Shown here piece by piece: positions 1 to 14,924 of a DNA stretch of 64,000 nt. This DNA comes from the human T2T-CHM13v2.0 reference genome, Homo sapiens. The translations under genes and the position numbers were made by a program. Every line of letters starts with the position of its first letter. Within the stretch, counting starts at the first letter, position 1. Under the pieces are notes generated by a model. The model was given only the letters and a program-made list of their open reading frames with translations. It ran no database searches and was not told where the DNA came from. The stretch is from the NCBI RefSeq assembly GCF_009914755.1, contig NC_060926.1; one strand, written 5' to 3'.

Positions 1-185
1 ATTGGAGGGTAGGAAGGAGGAGATGGAACAACCAAGTGGAAACGTTTCAATGATTGTGGTGTGTTGAAAGGTCTTGAGGGAACCCAGGAACCTATGATAA
101 ATGTAATAAATAATTGGAGAAGTAAGATTGTATCTTATATACATATATTACACAATGCCAATTCTGCCCTTTCCTCTTTCAACAG

Positions 186-313
186 ATCCTGATGCAGCTC
201 AAGCTAATAAGAACCATCAGGATGTCCGGAGTTATGTACGGCAATTAAATGTGATTGACAACCAGAGAACTTTATCACAGATGTCACACAGATTAGAGCC
301 TCGTCGACCATAG
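186..313 (+). CDS. RAPGEF4: RAPGEF4 (Epac2) last coding exon, end of the CDC25-homology RasGEF domain
   Basis: Pyrimidine tract and acceptor (ttctgccctttcctctttcaacag|at, AG at 184-185), phase 1. Reads [41 protein letters not shown] then TAG (311-313), which I recognise as the Epac2 C-terminus. Confidence 0.95.
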
Positions 314-1440
314 ACATTTCAAATGCCCAAAGCAACAGTTTGTCTCCAGTCCACAATCTTTCAAAAATGCCATTTATGCTACTACTGACTGTATTGCCAC
401 TAGAGAATTCTACAAAACAAGCAAAAACACATCCTGAGACACCTCAGGGCTGCATTCAGCTTACCAGCTACCTAGCAAGAGAAGGAATTATTTGACATGC
501 CTAAAGCTTACACACTCTAGCTTAGGAATCCCCAGTTTGTGGCTACCCTGTTTCATTTCCACTTGTGCCATCTTCTTTGCTGAAGTGTTGAATAAGGCCC
601 ACGTGAAGAGTTTGGTAGAAATAGCCTTGTCAAGAGAACTAGCAAGCCCCTGACATTTTTTTCTAAGAGTGTTTATGGGATGAGATGTGCTACAAATGGG
701 ATAGATTTGGATAAAATTTTAACTCAACATCTTGATTTGGAGCCTGGGGTTTCGGGAAGGTGTTGAGGAATCTATAGAAGTCCAAATTATAGGTTGTATT
801 CTTCCATCTTCATTGTCTTACCTCTGAAGGAATAGAACCTGACCACATTATTATGAAACATTATGGCTGTTTATGTAATTTAGGGAGGACTGGTCTGTAA
901 TTTCTGAATGTATATAGAATAATATTTATGTTTACAATGTAACTTTTCAAAATTTACAAATCAGGATTATATACATAAGAATTCCACTAAGAAATGCCAA
1001 GATTCTTAAATTTGCCAGCGTTAAAGTAGAAAATAACATTTCAGAAGAGCACAATATGCATAAAACATTTTTCAAAATTGAAATATTTTCCTGGGCATTA
1101 AAAACCTTTACTATTGGCTACAAATTTATTGTACCTGATGAAAACATATTTTCTGGACTTAAATGTTATTACAAATATCTTAATTTTCAGTAATTGTTTT
1201 GCACTTTCAAAGATTGTAAATAGTTCATTCAATCAATGGTATAGAGTTATTTATTTGCTACATAATAGATACTGTGCCAAATAATTACTTTTTATTTATT
1301 TTATTTAGTACGTAATTTTGAAGTACATTTTTTCCTGTTTTCACAATTAGACTACATTTAATGTGTAGGAATTGTATGTATGTATATCTTCTGTAAATAA
1401 CATCTAGTATCTTCACTAAATATAATTGTCGACAAGAAAT
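314..1440 (+). other. RAPGEF4: RAPGEF4 3'UTR (3' end approximate)
   Basis: Repeat-free AU-rich sequence after the stop, with ATTTA motifs and UGUA elements. It ends at a variant hexamer followed by a GU-rich tract, and an L1 remnant starts soon after. Confidence 0.7.
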
Positions 1441-1450
1441 GGTTGTGTTC
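1415..1450 (+). terminator. Candidate RAPGEF4 polyadenylation site (variant hexamer ACTAAA)
   Basis: ACTAAA at 1415-1420, upstream TGTA repeats (1373-1395) and downstream GGTTGTGTT (1441-1449). No canonical AATAAA seen in the preceding UTR; ATTAAA at 1097-1102 is an alternative. Confidence 0.5.
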
Positions 1451-1509
1451 ATCTCAATTCCTATAATATGAAAGGGGTAACCATTTGGTATGGTGGGGTG
1501 TTGGATCTT

Positions 1510-1980
1510 TTAATGACACAAAATACACATATTATAAAATTCATTCTTTTAAAGTGCAGAATCCAGTGATTTTTAGTATATTTACAAAGTTGTATAGATA
1601 ACCATCATCACTATCTAACTTCAGAACATTCTCCTCATCCCTAAAAGAAACTCTGAACTCATTAGCAGTCACTTCTTCTTCTCCTCTCCCTCCAACCTCT
1701 GGCAACCACGAATCTGCTTTCTTTGTCTTCAGATTTACTCTGGATGTTTCATATGAGTGGAATCATACAGTATGAGGCCTTTTGCGTCTGGTTTCTTTCA
1801 CTTAGCATAATGTTTTCAAGGTTGACCATATTATAGCTTGTACCAGTACTTCATTTATTTTTATGGCCATGTAATATTCCATTCTATAAATAGACTACAT
1901 TTTGTTTATCCATTTATCAGTTGACAGACATTTGTCTGTTGTGTTCACTTTTCGGCAATTAGGAGCATTGCTGCTCTGAA
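1510..1980 (-). mobile_element. L1MB-type LINE-1 3' end remnant
   Basis: Typical antisense L1M 3'UTR text (tttttagtatatttacaaagttgta...ggaatcatacagtatgaggccttttgcgtctggtttctttcacttagcataatgttttcaagg). Confidence 0.8.
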
Positions 1981-3599
1981 GGGGCACTGGATTTTAGAGC
2001 TCCCTTGTGTGGGGCCTCATGCCATTTCTCAGTGATTTAAGTACTTAGCAAATATTTGATGAAGAGATATCCAAAATTCTTTAAATTCCAGACATGCCTC
2101 TATTTTTTTTAATAAGTCAGCATTTTCCAGAGTGTGTTCCAGCCTATTCTAGTCTCACAAGTTCACATATTGTCCCTCCAAAAACAAACACACACATACA
2201 AAGCCAAAAACAAAACCAAGATTCTATCTTCAAATAAATGTGGGGACCACTGCATAATATACCCCATTCATAGAAATGATTCCCAGTATTCACTCACACT
2301 GAAGGCTCTGAGAAGTCCTATTGTAATCCCTTTTAACATCCCACAATTAAAGTCCACTTTCAGAAATGCCAAAGCAGGCAAATGCCTCTCTGTGTTCATT
2401 CATATAAAATTTCAGGGTCCCCAGAACCAGAGGCGGTGTTTTCTGCGGTATTACACCTGCCTCTGGAGGCAAGTGCAGTGTCTGGGATTTACTAGACAAT
2501 AAAAGAAGGTCACTGAATAAATTTTCTTGAAATCATTATCGTTCAGTATTTCACTATCTGATAGACCTCAATGTCAGCTGCAAAGGTTCCACTTTTATAT
2601 ATTTTCCTTTAGATATCCTTTATAGTTTCTTTTCTAGATAATTTACAAAGATGATGAACGAAGCTGGGAGCCCGTTCCTGGGGCATCCTTGCTCTTGTTT
2701 TGCTTGTCTTTATTCCTACTTTACTGAAAGCTAGCATTCTATATACAGCAGCACTTCTCCCCAATTCCATGGTGAATGCCAACTTACGATCTTATTTTAA
2801 TATAGTTTCAACATTATTCAAAATTAATACATATTCCCCATGTATGTTCCCCTTGTTCTTCCACATGAGAATAACTTACTGTACTTAATAAAGATAAGAC
2901 ATTTTTAAGTATTTCTAGCTTCTTTGAAAATGCATCAAACTCCATTCTTGAAGGTAGCAGTGGTAAAATAATAGAATTCGCACTCTAAAAATGTAGAGTA
3001 GTAGCCAAGCAACCCTTCCTGAGGCAGGAGATGCAGTTAATACTTTAAAACTTGCAAACAAGCCAAAAGAAAATGAGATGCCTACAGGGTCACAAGAAGG
3101 ATAATGAGGTTTGCTGGAAGATGTGAAAAAGAAGAATGTTTTTACCAAAAGCGCCTGTAGAAAATTATACATTTGAGTGTTTAACATACCTATTTAGCAA
3201 GGTCACTGGCATAGTTTATGGGAGCTAAGCTCTTCCGGCAATTTTTGAATACCATGCAGGTTAAATATACTCCTCCTGAATTCAGTGGCATTTCCTCTGA
3301 AGGTATGAATGCAGATCAATGACTACCAGTGTGAGAAAATTAAACAGAGTGTCATTTTAGTTTCAAATTGTGCTCCGAATAATAATAAAAAAAGCCTGGA
3401 ATATGCAGTGTGGTAAAATGAACCCCTACCTCGAATAGCTTTCCTTTTACTGTCAATCTAGAATGCATTACATCTCTTGCTTTAGAGTAATCTTAATCTG
3501 TCCTACATTGAAAATTGTGGTATTAGATGAACAGTTACCTTATCCCTTACTTCTAAACTGGAAAAAAGCCTTTAACTTAGGTATTGTTAGTCACTTTTC

Positions 3600-4420
<821 letters not shown>

Positions 4421-4614
4421 TGCTTTCTGTGTACCACACTGCCCAGGACACTTGGTAAGGGCCATCCCTAATTCCTTAGTTACTTTATTATGAAGGCTTA
4501 AAGGTAGAGCAGAGGGAGCTGTGGAGAATGCAAGCATTCAAAAGCAGTAGTGGACCCAGACACCCATACAGACAAACATCATCCCTTCTCCTGACTAAGT
4601 CCACACTGGGCCAC

Positions 4615-5167
4615 TTTTTAATTTTTTATTGTGGTAAAAGATATACAACATACAATTTACCACTTAAAGCCTTTTTGAGCAAATAATTCAGTGGCATTTA
4701 GTACATTCACCTTGTCGTACAGCCGTTGCTGCTATCTATCTCCAAAACTTTTTCAACATTCCAAACTGAAATTCTGTGCCCATCAAACATTAACTCCCCA
4801 TTTTTCCTTTCCTCCAGCCCTTGGTAACCACTATTCTTTTATCTCTATGAATTTGCCTTTTTTGGGACTTCATATAGGTGGAATCATACAATATTTGTCC
4901 TTTGTGTCTGGGTTGTTTCACTCAGCTTAATGTTTTCAAGGTTCATCCAAATTGTAGCATGTACCAGAATTTCCTTCCTTTTTAAGGCTGAATAGAATTC
5001 CATTTTATGTCGATTCTACATTTTGTTTGTCCATTCACCTGTTCAAGTCCCAACTTCTCAATACTTTGGGGTATATACTAAGAAGTAGGATTGCTGAATC
5101 GTATAGCAATTCCGTTTAATTTTTTTAGGAACTGCCATACTGTCTTCTACAGTGGCTGTACCATTTA
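4615..5167 (-). mobile_element. L1MB-type LINE-1 3' end remnant
   Basis: T-tail then ttattgtggtaaaagatatac...cagtggcatttagtacattcac...ggaactgccatactgtcttctacagtggctgtaccattt. Confidence 0.85.
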
Positions 5168-6204
5168 ATGGGCTACATTGGACATAGCTCGTAATTACCT
5201 GCATCATCTCCGAAGCTGCCAATGTATGGCACAGCTGTTGAGAGAAGGAGTGGGCAGGGGACCCAGGGCTCAGTGTGTGGGTATCCAAGCAAGGAGCAGG
5301 GAGGCTTCATTTGCCAGTGTCCCATCTGTCAAGCCAGGGCAGCTCATGAGACAATCACAGCCCCAGAACCTCTGTCCATCCTTGCTGCCCTGTGGGTTGA
5401 TGCACCACACTCCTGCTGCCTGTGGTCTTACACTGCAGGATGGGAGGAGTGAAGGGAATGTTTCTAACCCCCAGAGAATAAGGGCGTGGGAATGGGAAAT
5501 GTGGTCGCTTTGCTCGGGCTCCTTTGCATGTGCTTTTCAGGCAGCTAGGGAAGGTCAAGGATGCTGCTACAGGAAGCCAGGATCTTTGTTCCTGGGACAA
5601 TTCAACCTTGGAAGGATTGGGGCCAAAGCCCTGCTCTAAAGGGAAGTAAACACAAGGCACTATGGGCTCATGGGCTCTGACATTTCCCTCCAGATTTGAG
5701 GAAGAAAGAGAGCCTAGAGCCAGGGCATGTGAGAGCCGCCTGATTCCATCCCAGTCTTCTTCCTGCATCCTCCTCTGGGAGGGTTCTGACTCTTCCTAGC
5801 CAGAGAAAGCTCAGGAAGAGTGGAATTCTACAATAGGAGGACCAGTACAAGAGAAACATGAGAGCAAAAGTTGGTGTAAACCTCTTCAGAACAGGTTTTT
5901 GCAGCACCTGAGACAAAAAGAGGACTGGAAAAGCTGCATCAGGTCTCCATCTATTTCCTTAGCCAGAGACAGGTGGCAAAAGTCTCCAGGTGATAACATC
6001 AAGGACCTGTCAGGAATGGAGGAGAATCGACGATTTCAGGAAGGAGTCCTGACACTTTAGGACAGAGGGACAGACTGATGATTCAGTCTCCCCAGCAGGG
6101 AGAAGCGCTTGAGGTAAGGAGACACAGAAGCTCTTGGGGAACGTGTTCTGCACTAGCCAAGCTGTGGTAACTTTAGAAGAATAAAGAAAGAGGTTGTTCA
6201 GTGA

Positions 6205-7128
6205 TATCAGTGAGTTTATCAATTGCTGTGTGTATTCGGGTTATCCAGAGAAATAGAACCAATAGAATGAGCTTTAAGGGAGATTATAAAGGATTGGCTT
6301 ACATGATTATGCAGACTGGCAAGTCCAAAATGCACCATGTGGACTGGCAGCCTGGAGACCCAGGAAAGCTGATGGTGCAGTTCCAGTTTGAAGGCCGGCA
6401 AGTGGAGACCCAGGAAGGCTGGTGGTGCAGATAAAGTCCAAAGGCAGAGTCTGCTGGAGCATTTTCTCTTGCTGATGGAGGCCAGTCATTTTGTTCTATT
6501 CAGGTGCCTTTAATGGATTAGATGAGACCCGTCTGCATTATGGAGAGCAGTCTGCTTTAGCCACAGCTCACCAATTTAAATGTTAATCTCATCTAAAAAC
6601 ACCCTCCAACTTGACAAAATTAGCCATCACACTGTATAATAAACCACTCCAAATTTTAGTGACTTAAAACCACAAGCTTTCAATCAACAACCATGAACCA
6701 TGAGTTGATGGGTTAACTGGACAGTTCTGCCATCTGAGCCAGACTTAGCAGATCAGGGCTGGACTCAGGCATGCATTTGTGGTCAGCTGGTCTAGGATGG
6801 CCTCAGAAGGAATGACTTGTCTCTGTTCCATATAGTCTCTCACTCTCCAACCAGCTATCCTGGGTTTCATCACTTGTTGGCTGGGAAGTGTTCCCAGGAA
6901 GCAAGAGGACAAGCAAGAGCTCTGGAGGCCCAGGTCAGAACTGGTGCTCCAAGAGGACACTATGACTTCTGCAGCACTTTGCTGACCAAAGTGGTCAAGA
7001 GGATAGCCAAGAGTCAAAGAGTGGAGAAACAATTCTCTTTCTTGATGTCTGGCACAACCAAGTCATATCATCAAAGTTGTGAATATAAGGAGGGGAAAGC
7101 TGTTGCCATTTTCACAAACCATCTACTA
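6205..7128 (-). mobile_element. MLT1-family MaLR LTR split by an MLT2 insertion
   Basis: attgctgtg...[insert]...taataaaccactccaaattttagtgacttaaaac is the MLT1 terminus; continues to aaccatctacta. Confidence 0.65.
6231..6631 (-). mobile_element. MLT2 (ERVL) solo LTR
   Basis: TG...CA ends (tgtattcgggttatccagagaaatagaacc...aaaattagccatcaca) flanked by near-identical 5-bp TSD ctgtg/ctgta. Confidence 0.85.
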
Positions 7129-7469
7129 GAGTGAGGGTAGCACATAAGGGGAGTGGCTGGAAGGTCCACTGTTCTTGTTTAGGGAGAGCTTTTCAGGCGT
7201 GGTGCAGCCAGCTGTTGAAAGTGCTTCTCCAGGGTGACTCTATTAGCTCTTGGGGAAGCAGCAGGACCAGCAGAAAGATAACCAGCTTGAAGATCAGGTA
7301 GACCTGGGTTTGACTCAATCAGGGCCACCTCCAGTATAGACAGCAACTTTGTGTGTATTAGGCAAGAGTCAACCCTTCTCTCCATTGGTACTGCCTCACA
7401 GAGAGCTCCTCCTCAACCAGGCTTCCTGTTGTGTGTGCCGTGGCCTACACTGTTGTAATGTGATAGCCC

Positions 7470-7630
7470 TCAGCTGTGAACTTTGGTATTTTATCTCTTT
7501 GAGCTTCATTTTCTACATCTGGCAATGGGAATGACAACGCCTGCCTCACAAAAGCTGGGGGGAGTCCTAAATGAGTGAAGGTGTAGAAAGTGTCTGGCAT
7601 ACTGAGTGCTTGGTGCTCAAGAAACATTAG
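7470..7630 (+). mobile_element. MIR
   Basis: Core-like ctctttgagcttcattttctacatctggcaatgggaatga...gtgctcaagaaacattag. Confidence 0.65.
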
Positions 7631-8764
7631 TGCCTTTCCTGCCTCTCTGCTATAATGAGAGGCCACAGAAAGAGGTGCTTTAGAACATTGAAGGATGCCT
7701 GAGAGTTCAGCCAAACCAATTATGAAAGGATGAAAAAGGAGAGAAAGTTATATGGTGGCTTTAAGTCATTGAAATTGATTTGGGCTAGAGGGGCAGTTTA
7801 CGAGTTCTGTCAGATGCCTGTCCTTTGTATTCCAAACTTGGGTTACACCAGTTTTGCAAAGTTTTTGCTGCAATAATTGTACCAAGATACCACATTTTTA
7901 TATAGGCACAACTGAAAAGTTATTTGCAGCGGAATAGAAAACATTTCAAATTACTGAATAAAAGAAAGGAGAAGTGAAAATAGAATAAAAGACTCATGCT
8001 CCTTAACAACAGATAAAATGTTCATATATGAAAGAGTAGACTAGAAACTAAGCCAAAATATAACACAAGTCATACAGACATAGGTCATGCCAGAAATTAG
8101 ATTTTAGCCTAACCTGGGTGTTCATTTACATGCTCAGTCTATCTCGCCTAGAAACAATTATGCATTGTTACGAGATGCCTCCTAAGAAAGTAGCTCTTCA
8201 TTAGCAGTCCTAATCTTCCCCCACCTAATACTCAGAAGCCATTATAAAAATCCATTTATATTTCTGGCTTCAGAAATTAAATTGTAGGTATAAGCCAAAG
8301 TGTACATTAAATTAGGGATTATTGCTTGTGGCACTCTATGTGAGCCAGGTGATGCTGGGCCATTTTAATTAAGAATTTGTTTCCAATAACAACACAAGCA
8401 AATGAATAACATTAAATCAACACTGAAACAGTCGTGGGTGGAGGGGATTATGGGAATAACTGTGATACTCAGTTGTATTGTGCTTATTGTGCAGAGTTCA
8501 TTTATACATTAGAAAAAAACATCTTTGCAGCAACTGAAGAAAGTCTGTAGCACGGGGCATGGAAATCTTTTGAGCACGATGAGATGGTTGCTAGGAGAAA
8601 AATAGAGGAAGTCCTGTACTTGTTTTTTAAATTAGAAGAAAAGCAAGGTCACTAAGGAACACAGATTTTTAGTACAAAGTTTTCTGAATGTGGACTTTGG
8701 AAGAGAATTTTCTGGGCTATTTACTGGTTCAGTAATCAATGCTTTTTGTCTGCCAGTTCTTCTG

Positions 8765-8990
8765 GCATTTATTGAACACCCACTATGTGCCAGTTACATA
8801 CAGAAAGCATTTTATTCTAAATACCTAAGAAATGAATAGTTTCACTATTTGCTGATGAGGAAACACCGAGAGAAATGAAATATCTTGCCCGAGGTCACAC
8901 ACTTAGATTATGAAAGAGGTTGGGATCTCAAACCAAGTACATCTGATTCCAAGGCATATGTTGTTAGCTATGAGGCTCGCTGTCTGCCTA
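8765..8990 (-). mobile_element. MIR
   Basis: catttattgaacacccactatgtgccag...gatgaggaaacaccgagagaaatgaaatatcttgcccgaggtcacac. Confidence 0.7.
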
Positions 8991-9872
8991 GCTTCTCGTC
9001 CCCAAGAGGACTGCTTATTCAGGCTTTTGATGCTGCAAAATAAAAATAACAGATAGGAGTTCAAGAACCAAAGCATGAGATTAATTTTGCCAAAATATAG
9101 TAAGTGAGGTTTTTAGGAAAGTGATTTGGAGTATTTTTTTCTAAACTTTTATCTTTAAAATAAAAGTGTGTATGTATGTATATGAATCCCTTCATAAATA
9201 TCCCACAAATCATATGCCATATATCAGTTATGGGAAGACTTTACTCAGGAAATAACATTTCTTTGTATTCACCATAAGAGATTCACTCATATACAAGAAG
9301 TGGCTTCAGTTGTATTTGAAATGGTTTATCTCTTAAAATACGTATGATTGGCCCATATGTGTTTTCATATTATTCTCTGTAGTTTATTTCATTAGAAATT
9401 GACTCCACTGAAATCAAAGCGTTCTTGAACTCCGTGTATTTACTGAATATTATGAAGAAAACAGAGGCAAGGGGGTTTCATTATAGAACCCAAGAGTATT
9501 TCATTTTAACAAGTCCTCATTGGATATATCTTGTCTGGAGCTCTTTCTCCTCTGCTGCCAGTCACATGGTCTCCTTTTTCTATTCCCAATTCTCTCCACC
9601 CTCTTTAGTTTGCAGATCATTCTTGGGGACCCTAAGTCATGTTTTCTTTTTTATGCAGACCACTTTAATCTTCTCATAGCTTCTGACTCCAAACTTGAAA
9701 ATCTCTACTTGGGCTAAGGATGAAGATATTGTTTGTACTGAGCAAACAGAAGACTCTCCTGTTACCAAGATCCCTTATCTTTAGAATGGTACTATCAAAG
9801 AAAAAAAACAGGAATAACAAAAACTGTTATGATATAAAATAGGTTAAATAGTCTTATTTAAAACCAAAACTG

Positions 9873-10195
9873 GGCCTGGTGCAGTGGCTGGTGCCTGTAA
9901 TCCCAGCACTTTGGGAGGCTGAGGAGGAAAGGTTACTTAAGACCAGGACTTTGAGACCAGCCTGGGCAACATAGGGAGACCCTATCTCTACAAAAAATTA
10001 AAAAATTAGCTGGCCTGGTGGCAAGCACCTATAGTCCTAGCTATTTGGGAGGTTGAAGTGGGAAGATTGCTTGAGCCCAGGAGTTTGAAGTTACAGCGAG
10101 CTATGACCTTGCCACTGCACTCTAGCCTGGGTGACAGAGTGAGACCCTGCCTGAAAAAAACAAACAAAATAAAAATAAGTATATATAAAAATAAA
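9873..10195 (+). mobile_element. AluJ
   Basis: J diagnostics (ctgggcaacatag, ttgagcccaggagtttgaagttacag); TSD taaaacca(a)aactgg. Confidence 0.9.
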
Positions 10196-10275
10196 ACCAA
10201 ACTGGCAAAAGCTCCTTCTACCTCCTCAGGATGAATGTCATAATTCACATCAGGAGCAGTAAATATGTTTCCTTT

Positions 10276-10355
10276 TTAGGTTGGTGCAAAAGGAATTGTG
10301 GGTTTTGCCTTTGGAAGTAATGGCAAAACCCGCAATTACTTTTGCACCAACCTAA
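10276..10355. mobile_element. MADE1 (Hsmar1-derived Mariner MITE)
   Basis: 80-bp near-palindrome ttaggttggtgcaaaag...cttttgcaccaacctaa with long TIRs and a ~6-bp spacer. Confidence 0.95.
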
Positions 10356-10624
10356 TGCATTTCAGAGCCTGGTAGGAGAGAAAAAGAAAGGAAGACCGAA
10401 ACTTCAAAGCCTCCTCTAGCTGTGCTGTATCCAAGCACACTTAGCAGAGGATCCATTCATGGAAATGGGAGCCTAATAAGTCACTGCCATTCCACCTGGA
10501 GACAAATTCACAGCATACACGTTAACATTACCCTTCCTTTCTCTTCATATCCTCTAAGTTGTGATAAGCTTAGGGGATAGTATTTTTTCCCAGCTACTTA
10601 AAAAAAAAAATCCTTAGAGGCTGC

Positions 10625-10688
<64 letters not shown>
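10625..10688. repeat. Compound microsatellite (AT)n(GT)n
   Basis: About 12 AT units then about 20 GT units, abutting an Alu tail. Confidence 0.95.
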
Positions 10689-11043
<355 letters not shown>

Positions 11044-11130
11044 TAAACGCCTCTTGAGCATTGGCAAAAATTTGCATTTAAATACTCAGCAAGATACTCT
11101 TCCTGCCACTTTAAAAAATCACCTCCAATA

Positions 11131-11449
<319 letters not shown>

Positions 11450-11914
11450 TCACATTTTTTCATTAGCCATATGGGTTATAACTTCACGAAATAAGACAGA
11501 AAAACTCCAAGGCATGCTGGCACTGACTCAACCACACAGGCTGAGCCAATTATGAATACATTACCCTACAATAAGCCTGCTGGTCAACTTGTCCCATCAT
11601 GTACTAAAGATTCTCATTGAGTTTTCCTATTCAGGAAAGCACCCTATGGCTGAAAAATCTACTTCACAATAGTGGAGATAATCCATGCCAGCTAACTAAA
11701 ATAAGCAACATAATTCTTCATTCTTACATGTAAACAATAACAATCACCAGAGATCTCTGAGAAAACTAGTACCATAAACATAAAAAAACAAAAATAAAGA
11801 GAAAAACTAACTCTGGAAAAAACAAATAATTCAGGTAATTGAATAGCAACAACAACAATAATAATAACAGCAAATATTCAGCATACGAAATGCAACTAAT
11901 AATAACAATAATAA

Positions 11915-12453
<539 letters not shown>

Positions 12454-13199
12454 TAGATCCATGTTCTTAGTCCCTATGCTACATCGTCTTCAGAGCCCTA
12501 ATCTTTGAGTTTTAGACACTTGAAAGTCCTAATTAGCATTTATCCCAAGGGATTCATCAAGCTATCAAGTTCTCTTCTACTAAGACTACTGAAGGTCCAC
12601 CCTGATTTGTCTATGAGTCTGGGGAAGGATGACAGCTTGAATTTGGTCTCCATCTATATACACATTTACAGATAAGGCGAGTGAGGAGATGAGGGGCCCA
12701 GGGCTTTAAGAATACCTATGAACTTTGTTCTGTAACAAGATGTCGACCTTGAAACTTGTAGTGTCCAGGTCCATCAGGATCTGAATCATCTAAAGATATG
12801 TCTAAGGCAACTTCCTCCAGAGACTGGAAATGTTGCTCATGGCTATTAAGATGTGTGATCTGACACACTGAAACTTCTTGGAGGGGTTTATGTAACTAAT
12901 TTGCATAGTAAAATAATCCAGATAAACTGGTTGTCGAGACAGATGGAGGCTGGCTAAGCGAGGCTGAATTTTGATTACTCAACTGAAATAATTCAGTACA
13001 ATTTTGTATATCTGACTTATAATTATTTTGAAATGTTTTCCACAGTGGGCTGGGAAGGTTTGCTCTATGTTAACAAAGTGAAAAACTTAGGCAATTATCC
13101 AGTTATTTCAACACTTTTATTTTTTCCCTGACATCTGCTAGTAAAAAGAATTTTGATTAAAATACTTAAATAGTTGAGGCAAAAATGTGTTTATATGCA

Positions 13200-13233
<34 letters not shown>
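13200..13233. repeat. (TG)n microsatellite
   Basis: Direct reading. Confidence 0.9.
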
Positions 13234-13235
<2 letters not shown>

Positions 13236-13731
13236 GGGTTTACAGTTACATGAACACACTAGATAAATAGCCCTGCTCTCCACTTCTTTCTGATAGAACA
13301 TTCTTTCCATTAAAGTACTCCTGTATTAGTCAGCTTGGGGTGCCATAACCAAATACTACCTACCTACCACTTCCTACCATGTACCTACCTGTGTTCAATT
13401 TTCTCTCTCCACTAGGAAAACAACAATGGCAAGAACTTTATCATTATCATAGACTAAGGCTATTTCTAAAGAAAAAGTTGAAAGTGGGGAGAATTATCAT
13501 AAAACATGACTGGTAATGAAAAGAGTGTTATGTGTCAGGAGGATGAATTAGTGAGACTAGCTTCTAGTCAAGTGTCTTTCTTGAGAATCAACTCTCATGG
13601 AACCTCCAAAATGTATATAAGATGAATTACCCTGAATGGAAAATTAAGCTAATAAATAACAAAATTAATGTTTTCAACAAAAGTTCCACTCTTTAAGACT
13701 TCAAAAACAATTTTTAAAAGTGAAAAAGAGA

Positions 13732-14034
13732 TTGGGCGCAGTGGCCTGTAATCCCAGCACTTTGGAAGGTGGAGGCAGGTGGAGCACTTGAGGCCAGGAG
13801 TTTGAGACCTGCATGGCCAACATGGCAAAACCCTGTCTCTGCTAAAAATGCAAAAATTAGCCGGGTGTAGTGATGCATGCCTATAATCCCAGCTACTCAG
13901 GAGGCTAAGGAACGAGAATCACTTGAACCCAGGAGGCAGAGGTTGCAGTGAGCTGAGATGGTGCCACTGCACTCCAGCCTGGATGGCCGACTGAGATCCT
14001 GTCTCAAACAAACAAACAAACAACAACAACAACG
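13732..14034 (+). mobile_element. AluS (Sx/Sz-like)
   Basis: Dimeric Alu with (CAAA)n tail; TSD aaaagtgaaaaagag. Confidence 0.9.
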
Positions 14035-14924
14035 AAAAGTGAAAAAGAGTTTTCCATAGCAAAACAAATTTTAGTTTTATTGTGTGTCATCTTTTCTTAA
14101 CTCAAAGCTCTACTGTGGAATTATTTAACAATGTTGGATGTAAAATTGTATGCTGTATAGTTAGGAACATTCTAAACTACAGACATTTTGTTACTCAATT
14201 CCTTGATTCAGAACTCAATTGCATTGACAGCCAAATATGAAAGGAGAGCATGTCTTTTCACATTTACCAAAAAAAGGGACATTTACCAAAAGTTCAACAT
14301 GGAAAATCATCTGGAAATCCAGCTTGTATTTCTCGGTGAAAACTATATATGTTTGCCTTTACTATGTTTCAATAAAAATAATGCCTTTTATTTGCTTTTA
14401 AAACTTATGAAATACTTTTACATAAATTACCTCATTTGAACTTGACAACAACACTTTGAGATGGATCGGAAAGCTATAAGGGACAATTCACAGCAGGGGA
14501 AGCTGAGTTTGAGAGGTTAAATTCATTTCTCAAGATGGAAAAGAAAAGATCACCATGGGGTCATATCCAGAGAACACTAGAGAAAAAAAGGAAGAAAGAT
14601 TGAAAGAAAAGAAAATATTTCCTGGAAATATTACATAGAAATGTGAAGACTAATCTCACACATAATTATTTGGAACTGTTATATGCGAACATAAGAATCG
14701 CAACAAGTGGCATGTGGGAAGGCTCATCCTATTGAGAATGTAAACTGGCACTACAGAAGTTTTGATAAGGAGGAGGGTGTGTGACCCAGGCAAAAAAAGG
14801 CTTAATAAACCTCATTCTCTGATTTGAAGGTGACATGTCTAATTCTATTGTAAAAGCAATGTCACCCCAGAGTCTGTAGAAGTCAGGGAGTCAGTGAGCA
14901 GATGTATTTAAATATGTATATCCA

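Noticed and set aside
128-185. N-terminal part of ORF 128-313
   Set aside because: Intronic read-through upstream of the acceptor at 185; starts at TTG.
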